Assembly: GCF_009914755.1 (NCBI RefSeq)
Contig: NC_060931.1
Direction: 5' to 3' (one strand)
DNA length: 64,000 nt
Origin: the human T2T-CHM13v2.0 reference genome, Homo sapiens
Below are positions 12,930-24,203 of this stretch, one piece after another. The position numbers were made by a program, and so were the translations under genes. How positions within the stretch are numbered: position 1 is the first letter of the stretch; the number at the start of each line of letters is the position of its first letter. The notes beneath the pieces are model-generated. The model ran no database searches. It saw only the letters and a program-made list of their open reading frames with translations, and was not told where the DNA came from.

Positions 12930-15182
12930 CTGGAAGGAGGGCAGGCAGGATGCTCACTTCCCCCTGAGTAGGTTAGGTTTTCTGTATTCTGTTTTGTGAG
13001 GCAGGATTAGGAGAATCGCTTCAGGACATGGAGCAGCGGCGCTGCTGCCTCTGCATTCACTGTGAGTACTCAGGGCTGTTCATGCCAGAGAGACAGAATT
13101 CAACCAAATTGAAGGAGACGAGATGTCTCTTCCCAGGTTTCCCTAAATGGGTTGGCTTCAAATGGAGGAAAATACTGAAAGAGATTTTAAAAGAGCAATG
13201 CAGAATGAGATAGAAAGAATAGAAAAAGAAACCCCTAAGACAGTAGATCTCATCATCATGGAGTTGGAGCTGGACCAGGTGAAACAGTGAGATCCAAGAG
13301 GGGCCTGTGCCACTGCCCCCTCTTTCCCGGGGGTCTTCATTTCTCTGTCAACCTCCCATGCCCTGGCCCTGAGGCTTGCCGACTTCCTGACTCCCCACCC
13401 CACTTCTCTAAGCTCCGCCTTTGCACCCACCTGGCATGCCCCAGCCCTGCACCTGGTGTGTTCAAAACTCATCAGCAAGTCAAAATGTCTGAATGCTCGA
13501 ATACATGTATATTTGCAATTATATGCACATGCTGCAAAACACTATTAGGGACTATGTCCAGTTTTGAGAGAAACATGCCCAGGAGTTCTAATATTTCCTC
13601 CTCAGCCCTCAGGGGCTCCTGGCCTCCGCCTGGCCTGCACCCTGCGACGCGCACAGCCCTCTCTGGAAACCTGAGGCCAGCAAGCGGTCCTGCCTGCACC
13701 TGCTCTTCACACCACTCTCATGTATGGGGAGGGATCCGTTGCCAAGATGATTTTGAAAACCTTTTAGGCCTTTCCAAAGCATCCTCCCCAAAGCTTATTC
13801 CCCCCAGAGCACCCAGCGCACTCGCCTTGGTCTGTCCCAGAGCACTGACAAGCTCATCTTGGTCTCTTCCAGAGGCACTGCTAGGGCCCGCAGCCTGGGT
13901 TATGCATTTGCATTTGAGCAGCAGCTTCCTGGAAACAATGCTTTAGGGTGAAAAGCAGGCCCTAGGTCTGGACAAAGAATGTATTTTGGGTGATAGATAT
14001 CTTTTGCTTCATCTCCAATCACCCAAACCCCAGGGGGTGCCTGCTGATGATGTGTGAAGTGGACATGGGGACTGACTCTGAGAAGGTTCTTGGAAAAGGC
14101 CCAACTGACACCCACCAGTGACACGACGGGCCCTGTGTGGAGACCCCTGACTCACACCTCCTCTGACACCAGCCCCTCCACTCTCACACCTCAGCCCCAG
14201 CCCATTCCCCCTCTAGCAGCTCCCATGGGATGTGCCCTTGGTTCATGCAGTCTCTGTGGGTTCCCAGCCCTGCCTTCCCCTCCACACCCTGTCCCCAGCC
14301 CCTGGTGCCCACACAGGACACCTGAAGCCACCGCCCCTGTCCTGTCCCCCTCTTGGTCCCAAAACCAGGCTGGAGAAACCAGCACCAGTAAGAGAGCCAG
14401 CCTCGAACTGCCCAGGCAGTCCTTGTTCAGTCCTGCCTGCAACCCAAGGAGCCAGCAGCCATCCAGAAGCAGCACAGAACGTGCAGAGGTGAAGGGCAGA
14501 GGCCGCACCCAGACCCAGCCGAGGCCAGGGCCAGCGGAGGCACTGGGGGCTCTGTCCCAGCCTCAGAGACTCTTCTTCCCAGGTGCCCAGTCCCTGCCAC
14601 AGCGGGCCCTGTCCTCCTCGCTGGGACCACCGATTCGCTCAAGGCTCTTACACTGCCCACCGTAACCAACATGACGGAGGCCGCCTGCTCTCCCTTTGTT
14701 CTCTGATCAGCTAAAAGCCACCCACAAATTCCTGCATCGAGAGGGCGAGCTTCAGCCAGGAGATCTGAGAGTGTTTTTTAAATCAATTGTAACTAACTGG
14801 TGTCTTGTAATCAGCAGCACGTGAGAGATGTCGTCCGAGGCTCAGGAACAGGTGCTGCCTTCCCCGGCCGCCAGCCTGAGCCATGACCCCAGCCCACCCC
14901 AAGTGAGCTCAGAGAGGTGAAATGCCCAAGTTCATGGAGCCAGGGCACAGCGGGGACAAGGCTGGAATCCAGGGGACCCCAAAGCAGCTGCCCTCAAGGC
15001 TGGACGCCAGGCCTGGACTGGAGGTGCTGAGAAGGACCCCCAAAGGGCTTCTCTTTGAGTAGCCAGGAGCCGGGTAACAGGGAAAGACGGTGGCCCAGTG
15101 GCCTGGCCCCCTTGGGGAAGGGTTTGCTGGGCTCTCTGGAAGCCCCTGGACCCCTTTGGCACCCACCTTCATACACACTCAC

Positions 15183-15276
15183 CTCCACAGAACACCTCCG
15201 GGTCCCGGGCACTCCGGGCCAGCGCAGGCCCCAGCAGCAGGGCCAGCAGAGCCAGAGGCAGCAGCATGGGCCCCAT
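15183..15276 (-). CDS. CNPY1: First coding exon of a Canopy-family (saposin-like ER) gene, signal peptide plus first Cys: MGPMLLPLALLALLLGPALARSARDPEVFCG; partial CDS, downstream exons lie outside the window
   Basis: Kozak ggcATGG, Leu-rich h-region with an ALA cleavage motif, ending TTC TGT GGA G|gtgagt. The phase-1 intron directly after Cys-Gly matches the CNPY1/CNPY2 ...CG|ACRAL junction. Assignment to CNPY1 is by recollection of homologues, not by database search. Confidence 0.72.
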
Positions 15277-15500
15277 GCCAGCTGTGCCGCCGCACACCGG
15301 CCTCCTTCCAGGCCCCTCACAGGCCCCTCCGCGAGTGCTGGGCGTGCAGCAGACAAATGGCATACAAAGGTCCTCGGGCCGCACCGCCCTAGATACCCGC
15401 CCTGCCCTGTGGTGCTGCACCTGGGCCCCTTCCCAGTGAGCCACCTGCACCACACAGCTGGTCCCTGCCTGGTCCCCGCCCCCACCCCCGCCCCTAAACC
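15277..15500 (-). promoter_or_regulatory. 5'UTR/proximal promoter of the Canopy exon
   Basis: Local CpG enrichment, GC boxes (ccccgccccc and ccccgcccc at 15473-15494; cccgccc at ~15396) and E-boxes CAGCTG/CACCTG immediately upstream of the ATG. Confidence 0.5.
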
Positions 15501-16599
15501 TGCCCTGTCTTCCCTTCCCTCGGTACCCAGTCACCCCTACCCCATGTCGCCACATCTGTCTAAGGTTCTCACACTTGTCTCAGGTTCCCACACCCTCATC
15601 CCCATCCCACCACCCCCACCTCCCTCCCCACCCCCACCCAGCCCTGTAGAGGCTGGTGCTGCACCTGGGCCCACTTCCAGGTGCCCAGCAGCCTCAGCCC
15701 ACCTGGTCAGCGCCCTGTGCCTACCCTCACCCCTAGTCCCCCATCCCGGCCCTCCTCCTCCACCCCTTCCCGATTCCACCCCATCCCTGGTCCCCACTCC
15801 ACGGCCAGGTCCCCATGCTTTGGTCCCCAGCCCAGTCCCATGATCTCCATTACCAGTTGAGGTCTCCACACCCATGTCCCTGTCTTCAACCCCACCCCGT
15901 CCTGTCCCCACCCCCTGCAGCCCTCATCTGCCAGGGTCATTTTACCGTCCCTTGTGGACCACAGGTATGAGCCACAGAGCTCAGGCCCTGGCACTCAAAG
16001 CCTGGAGGGCAAACCCTCCCCCTGCAAGTAAAGGTGTGAGGTCCCTGGGCCCTTCTGGCCAGGGGGACATCATCCGGGGTTCTGAGAAGCTCTTCCTTTG
16101 TCTTCCTGGGGACCTTCCCAGCCCCATCCCACTCTCCTTCTCCTCTGTACCCTCCCATGGCCCCCCCTTTCCCCACTTTATCCCCGCACACCCCATAAGC
16201 CTCTAAGTGGGAGGAGCTTATGAGTGTGCACTCTGACAGGACCCTGCCCTGAAAGCAGCGGCCCCTTCTCAGAGGAGCCGGGCATAAAAAGCAGCTGAGC
16301 ACCAGGCGCCCCCCGGCCACCTCCCCTGCAGGAAGGCTCCGCGGGGTTAACACGAAGCCTGCACAGGTGACCTCCCTAGAGCACCCCGCTGTGGACTCAG
16401 TAGGCCCTGCAGGGCACAGGCTGGTGGAGAGGGAAGGCTAAGTGTTTAGTGCAGGGAGGAGATGCTGTTCTGAGTAATTGTCTCCACATTCAACTCATCT
16501 GCATTTTCCCTGGTGCTCTGTTTGCTTCTGAGCACTCGGTCCCTAAAATAATGCTGGCCCCATCGAAGATGACAACAGGGAGTGACATTTAGAAGAAAA

Positions 16600-16840
16600 T
16601 GGAGGTGAGGAAGGAGAGGGGCATGGGGAGAGAGGAAGGAGGAAAGATAGAAGGGAGAAAGAGAGGAAGGAAGGAGGGAGGAAGGAAGAAGGGAGGAAGG
16701 GAGGGAGGAAAGAAGGAGGGAAGGAGGAAAGATGGAGGGAGGGAGGAAGGAAGAAAGGAGGGAGGAAGGAAGAAAGGAGGGAGGAAGAGAGGAAGGAGGG
16801 AAGGAGGAAGGAAGGAGGGAGGAAGGCAAGGGAGGGAAGA
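16600..16840. repeat. Polypurine (GGAA/GGAG)n simple repeat
   Basis: About 240 bp of almost pure A/G on the + strand. Confidence 0.95.
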
Positions 16841-17658
16841 TGCCCCAGGATCTCCTGGTAACCACTGTCCCATCATGGACTCTGCATCCTTCTGGGGACC
16901 CTGGCACCTTTTAGTGCAGAACAGCATCTGGAAACCAAGCTCGGGGTCCTCACTGTGTTCATTGCTGTGGGGGTGTCATGGCTCCCAGGCTCTCAGGGGA
17001 CAGAAAGAGGAAATATCTGTATATATCCATATAGACAGACACGCTCACCCCAACACACATGTGCATGTCTCGCTGTTTCTGGGTCCATGTGTACATTTTA
17101 ATGAACCTGTCAGTTGACACTGAGACCCCAGTCCCAGTCTTGCCACCTCCAGTTCTTTCTCATTTTCTCCCTTTCCAACATTAGTAGGCCCTTCTCTGAC
17201 AGCAAGAAACCGGGCTCCTGTGGAAAGGTTTATTTGCTCCATTCTCTGCATATCTCCCCAGCCCCCGCCACTTCTTCATGTCACTTGCTCCCCTCCCCAA
17301 GCTATGTCATTTACCAGGGCCCAAAGAATGGGCTCCATAAACAACAGCCTTGTGAGATCTTTATGGACAGCTTGCTGGGTGCCAGGATCTGTGCTTTATG
17401 CAGGGATTCATCTTTAATTCACTCAATATCCCCAACCTGTAGATAGGAAACCGAGCCTGAGGAAGATGTAGTCATTTGCGGAAGTATGCTCGCTCACATG
17501 GTTAGTGGCATCGTTTTATTTTTAGCCGGGGCAGCAATGTGCTCAGTTCCTGGTCACCTTGCTCCTGAGTATGGCTAGGAGATGAAGCTCTGGCCAGTGA
17601 GATGTAAGCAGAGGTTGTTGGTGAGGCCTCTGAAAAGTTTGTTAAAAGTGGGAAGACT

Positions 17659-18114
<456 letters not shown>

Positions 18115-18146
18115 CTAAGCACACATCCTGGGTGACTCAGTGATTC

Positions 18147-18590
18147 CTCCTGCAGGAATTCACCCCACACATACACTCGCACACTCCTGCGGGAATTCAC
18201 CCCACGCATACACTCGCACGCTCCTGCGGGAATTCACCCCACGCATACACTCGCACGCTCCTGCGGGAATTCACCCCACGCATACACTCGCACGCTCCTG
18301 CGGGAATTCACCCCACGCATACACTCGCACGCTCCTGCGGGAATTCACCCCACGCATACACTCACACGCTCCTGCGGGAATTCACCCCACGCATACACTC
18401 GCACGCTCCTGCGGGAATTCACCCCACGCATACACTCGCACGCTCCTGCGGGAATTCACCCCACGCATACACTCGCACGCTCCTGCGGGAATTCACCCCA
18501 CGCATACACTCGCACGCTCCTGCGGGAATTCACCCCACGCATACACTCGCACGCTCTTGCGGGAATTCACCCTACGCATACACTCGCACA
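18147..18590. repeat. VNTR, 37-bp unit x ~12 (ctcctgcgggaattcaccccacgcatacactcgcacg)
   Basis: Near-perfect tandem copies, one EcoRI site per unit, embedded in old L1 sequence. Confidence 0.97.
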
Positions 18591-18613
18591 GGTATACAGT
18601 GGTTCATGTCTGA

Positions 18614-19041
<428 letters not shown>

Positions 19042-19127
19042 GGGAAATTTCTTTATGGAATGCTATAGGATAATCTCCAAAACGTATTTTTAAGTTTAAA
19101 AAAAAAAGAATCCAAACAGTGTGTATA

Positions 19128-19536
19128 TAGCAGGTCCTTGACTTGTGATGGTTTGACTTGTAATTTTTTGACTTTATGAGGGTGTGAAAGCGACATGCAG
19201 TCTATAGAAACCATACTTCAAATTTTGAGATTTGATCTTTCCCAGGCTAGTATATGCATCACGAACTCTCTCAAACCTGGGCAGGGGCAGCCGCAGCCCC
19301 CAGTCAGCCCTGAGACCACGAGGGTGAGCAACCTGCCCTCTGCAGTGGGCTGCGCTGCCCAGCGATGTTGCCAGCTGTGGGCTGATGTGAGTGTTCTGAG
19401 CAGGGTTAAGATAGGCGAGGCTAAGCTGCGATGTTCCCTTGGTTGGGTGTATTAGATGCATTTTGACTTAAAATACTTCCAACTTATGACGGGCTTATTG
19501 GGATGTGATGTCATCCTAAGTTAAGGAGCATCTGTA
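19128..19536 (-). mobile_element. MER47-type (Tigger) DNA transposon MITE
   Basis: Termini caggtccttgacttgtgatggtttgactt and taagttaaggagcatctgta; internal gtgttctgagc...taggcgaggctaagct. Confidence 0.8.
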
Positions 19537-19942
19537 ATGTAATATGCTACTCTTTGAGTAAAATAAAATCTTTCTGGAAGGATACCAAGATCAGTCTCCT
19601 CTGGGCAGAAAAACTGAGTGGCTGAGGGCCCTTGGATAATACAAAATCTGGCCTTTGTCCCAGCACTCTAAGTCCTGGGAACTTCCCAAGTGGTTAAACT
19701 GTCTTCATTATTCACATTACTCACAGTGGGCCCTGGTAGCTTATACTAATGAGGTGAGCCAGCATGGTCCCTGGATACCTGCAGGATGGGAGGTGGTCAC
19801 TAGCAAACCCAATCATATGATTAGAGGGCTAGGACTTTGGGCCCAGGGCTATCGGCCCAACCTGCTGACCTCTGGGAGGCAATGGAGGAGGCAGAGACTG
19901 AGTTTTCCCCAGCTTGGCTGATCACTCAACCAGTCGTATTTA

Positions 19943-20527
<585 letters not shown>

Positions 20528-20582
20528 TCACTTGGGGGTGGCATCTGAAGCAAGGGCCGTCTTGTTGGGACCCTACCCTTAA

Positions 20583-20712
20583 CCCATTTATGCCAGAGGT
20601 CGCAAATATTTTTTTGTGAAAAATCAGACCTTGGCAATGACCTTGAGCAGTAGGCTATAAGTAAGTCCCACAAGCTTAGTGTTCCACTAATGGAACACTA
20701 GGCGTAAGTGGG
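20583..20712 (-). mobile_element. MER85 non-autonomous piggyBac MITE
   Basis: TTAA|cccatttatgcc ... ggcgtaagtggg|TGAA termini; internal aaaaatcagaccttggcaatgaccttgagcagtagg and palindrome gttccactaatggaac. Confidence 0.9.
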
Positions 20713-21127
20713 TGAAACCTGTGGGGATGCTAACTGGGTGGCAGTTTCAAAACGGAAACAAAAAAAGGGAAATGAATTTTTGCTATAGACATTTTGTACC
20801 TTTTTTTGAGTATATTTCCTATTTACAAACAAATATAAAATAAAAAGAAAGGTATTTTTAACTCTAGGAAAAACAAACAGTTGTAGATGAAAGCCGTGGT
20901 GCAAACGTGAAGCCGACTAAAACGTGGCCTGATTTTGAGCTACTGACAGAGCTTAAGAAAAAAGACTTTCTTCCCGCGGACAGGGGAGCCCTCTCCTTCG
21001 AGTGGGGAGTCTAAAGCTTCCCTCCTGCTTCATGTGCTTCAGAAGCTCTAGCTTTCATTCTCCGTTCGATTTTACCAACCAGCCCTGAGCAAACAGACCT
21101 CCGACCCTTGAAGTCAGGAACACTTAC

Positions 21128-21345
21128 TTGGAGTTTCTCCGGGCGAGGCACAGGTGGCCGGGGCCAAGCTGCCCAGGTGAGGAAAGTCTGGAGGACTCAC
21201 GCCTTAGGTGTGTTTGATTTCACCACCGCAAGGAAAGCCTCCTCACGTGCACCGCACGGGCTTGCAGAAAGCAGCCCCAGCCCGGAGTAAGGCGTTCGGA
21301 AAAGCGCGCTCTGCTCCGTCCCCGGACGCTCCCTCTTCCTGATAT
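21128..21345 (-). promoter_or_regulatory. CpG-retaining segment with two strong minus-strand splice donors; candidate alternative first exon
   Basis: Donors CAA|gtaagt (21128) and GGC|gtgagt (21201), a CACGTG E-box near 21244, clustered CpGs, and no obvious upstream acceptor. Confidence 0.35.
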
Positions 21346-22357
21346 CCTTGCAGCTCTCTGGTTGGGGTTTTTTTCTTTCTCTTTGCATCCTCATTTCTCC
21401 TCTGGGCTTTTCTGTTGCACAAAACAGAAAAAAATAGAAGAAAAACACTTTGGCAGATTGTTTTATTCTGTGGCCAAAGGAAATCAGAGAGGACTAAATG
21501 CGGAAGGAGCTGAGCGACTCCAGCCCACTCATTCGGTGTACAGAGCAGCTTAGCAAGAAGGCGTGGACTGCTGGGCTGGGCTTGCATTCTACAAAACTCC
21601 GCCATTCACCGGGGTCACCCTGGGCGGGCACTCCAAGTCCATGGCCTGTGTCAAGTGAGTCACACGGTTGACGCTACCTGGAGGCACTGGTGTCACCTTG
21701 GGTGTGGCATTGGTGTCACTGACTCTTCCCCATCTGCTGGCCCAGACTTTTAGGCCTGCGCTGTCCTCTGATTGTCTGTGGTCCTCCCCCAGAGACAGGC
21801 TCAGTCCTGCCCAGCGCTGTGGAGCACCTACCCTGGTGGCCATTCCAAGCTTCAGCCCCCTGGGCAGGTCCAGGCTGAAACACCACAGGAAGGCCAGGGG
21901 AACCTCTGTACTTCCCAGACAGACCCCATCCCAGCACCAGACAGACCCCATCCCAGCATCCACTGAAGCCCCTGGACGGCTCCTTCGGGACTCTGGCCGC
22001 TGCTTCCTCTGCTTGGGGCAGCATGACGAGGCTGTGCAGGGCTGAGGAGGGGCGGGGTCCTCAGAATGACAGGTGCATCCACGCCACACCATGTGGCACT
22101 GTGGGTGGCCTGTCCCCCTTCTTAGCCAACCCTTTACCTGAGCATCAGCGCAGCATCGTTTGGGCCGGGATGAGCGTAGAGTTTAAATAGCCATGGTCCC
22201 TTCTGTCTGCCGATAGTGACTCCGGGGCCTGGTGGGGCCGGGCAGGGCACCCAGCTCTGAGGAAAACGCTGGCCTGTCCCCTCGACATCCCTCCCCTCAA
22301 GCCCACCTGCCAGCAAGACAAGCATGAGCCCCAGTCCCCGACGAGGCTGGTCTGACA

Positions 22358-22575
22358 CCTCTGACCTGCTCCCGGGCTGCAGTGAGGATGGAGCAGGGAG
22401 CAGCACCTGGTTCTGACCTGCTCCCGGGCTGCAGTGAGGACGGAGTGGGGAGCAGCACCTGGCTCTACCTGCTCCCGGGCTGCAGTGAGGACGGAGTGGG
22501 GAGCAGCACCTGGCTCTACCTGCTCCCGGGCTGCAGTGAGGACGGAGGGAGGAGCAGCACCTGGCTCCAACCTCC
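22358..22575. repeat. VNTR, ~51-bp unit x ~4
   Basis: acctgctcccgggctgcagtgaggacggagtggggagcagcacctggctct repeated in tandem. Confidence 0.95.
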
Positions 22576-22699
22576 TGGCCACACAGGCCTGCCTACTCCT
22601 GTTAGGGACCAACTGGGTCCGTGACTTAGCCCCTCTGAGACTCAGTTTCCCCAATCTGTAAAACAGGATGTGAAGGTGAACTTTAGGTGATGACTTGAC

Positions 22700-23548
22700 T
22701 GGGGAAGGCAGGCCCGGGTAGCTGGTGTGGTGTGTCTTCAGGTGTGGGTGTGTCTGGAGGGCATTTCCGGGAGAGGCTGGCGTTGGAATCAGCGACTGAG
22801 GAAGGATGCTCAGCCCCCAGCCTGGGCCGGTGCCACCCAGCCGCTGCGGGCCCACAGCACACAAGGCCGAGCGCAGGCATATTGCTCGCGCTCCCTCTCC
22901 TGGGCTCTCACACTCCAGGCTCTCTGGCTCTCGGGCTCTGGGACCCCCACCAGCAGCCCTCAGGGCTCTCAGGCCTTGGGCCTTGGACTGAGAATCATAC
23001 CATCAGCTTCCCTGGGTCTGAGGCCTTCAGACATGGCCTGAGCTGTGCCGTGGGCTTCCCTGGGTCTCCAGCATGCAGATGGCTGGTCCGGGGACTCCTC
23101 AGCCTCACAATTACCCTAAGAACCCCCTCATATATCTCCATCTATCTACAGAGCTATCTGTGGAGTCACATAACTAAACCCCTGTCTATCTACATAGATA
23201 TCTAAACCCCTGTCTATCTAACTAGATATCTACGTATCCACAGAATGACATCCCTGTCTATCTACATAGATATCTACGTATCCATGGGAAAAAATCCCCA
23301 TCTATCTACATAGATATCTATATACCCATGGAATGAAATCCCTATCTATGTAGATATCTATGTATCTACGTAGATATCTATGTAACCACGGAGCGAAATC
23401 CCTGTCTATCTACACAGATATCTATGTATCCATGGAATGAAATCCCTGTCTATCTGTGTAGCTATCTGTGTACCCATATGTCTACATCTCTGTCTCTATC
23501 CATCCATCCTGTTGGTTCTGTCTCTGGAGAACCATGACTAATATACAA
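22700..23548 (+). mobile_element. MLT2 (ERVL) LTR with internal expanded TATC-rich tandem repeat
   Basis: ccatcagcttccctgggtctgaggccttcagac ... cctgttggttctgtctctggagaaccatgactaat. Confidence 0.8.
23130..23500. repeat. Degenerate ~50-bp tandem repeat containing palindromic tatctacatagata/tagatatcta cores
   Basis: Repeated ccctgtctatctacatagatatcta...catggaatgaaat units. Confidence 0.85.
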
Positions 23549-23569
23549 GGATGAGAATAGCCTCCATCT

Positions 23570-23858
23570 GGCCATGCACGGTGGCTCACGCCTGTCATCT
23601 TAGCACCTTGGGAGGCCCAGGCAGGTGAATCACTTGATGCTGGGAGTTTGAGACCAGCCTGGCTAACATGGGGAAACCCTGTCTCTACTAAAAGCACAAA
23701 AATTAACTGGGTGTTGTGGTGCATGCCTGTAATCCCAGGTACTTGGGAGGCTGAGACAGGAGAATTGCTTGAACCTGGGATTGCAGTGAGCTGAGATCAT
23801 GCCACTGTACTCCAACCTGGGTGATACAGCGAGACTCTTTCTCAAAAAAAAAAAAAAT
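23570..23858 (+). mobile_element. Alu element
   Basis: Alu consensus with poly-A. Confidence 0.93.
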
Positions 23859-23898
23859 AGGCTCTGTCTTCCGGGGCTGCTGTAGGGGTTCTCACGTG

Positions 23899-24203
23899 TT
23901 GCAGGTAGTAGCATCCTTGGTACCGTCCTTGGCCCAGCATAAGTGTTCTGTGAATCTCATTGCAGGTAGTAGCATCCTTGGTACCGTCCTTGGCCCAGCA
24001 TAAGTGTTCTGTGAATCTCATTGCAGGTAGTAGCATCCTTGGTACCGTCCTTGGCCCAGCATAAGTGTTCTGTGAATCTCATTGCAGGTAGTAGCATCCT
24101 TGGTACCGTCCTTGGCCCAGCATAAGTGTTCTGTGAATCTCATTGCAGGTAGTAGCATCCTTGGTACCGTCCTTGGCCCAGCATAAGTGTTCTGTGAATC
24201 TCA
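23899..24203. repeat. VNTR, 61-bp unit x 5 identical copies
   Basis: ttgcaggtagtagcatccttggtaccgtccttggcccagcataagtgttctgtgaatctca, five times. Confidence 0.98.

Noticed and set aside
14427-14672. Minus-strand LVTVGSVRAL as possible Canopy exon 2 (cf. KVGSFRI)
   Set aside because: No preceding CRAL..DE motif, no NPDG, and no suitable splice sites.
15055-15843. 262-aa Pro-rich plus-strand ORF
   Set aside because: Antisense shadow of the GC-rich exon and C-rich tract, with a non-ATG start and low complexity.
16589-17117. Gly/Arg/Lys- and Pro/Ser-rich ORFs
   Set aside because: Products of the (GGAA)n simple repeat.
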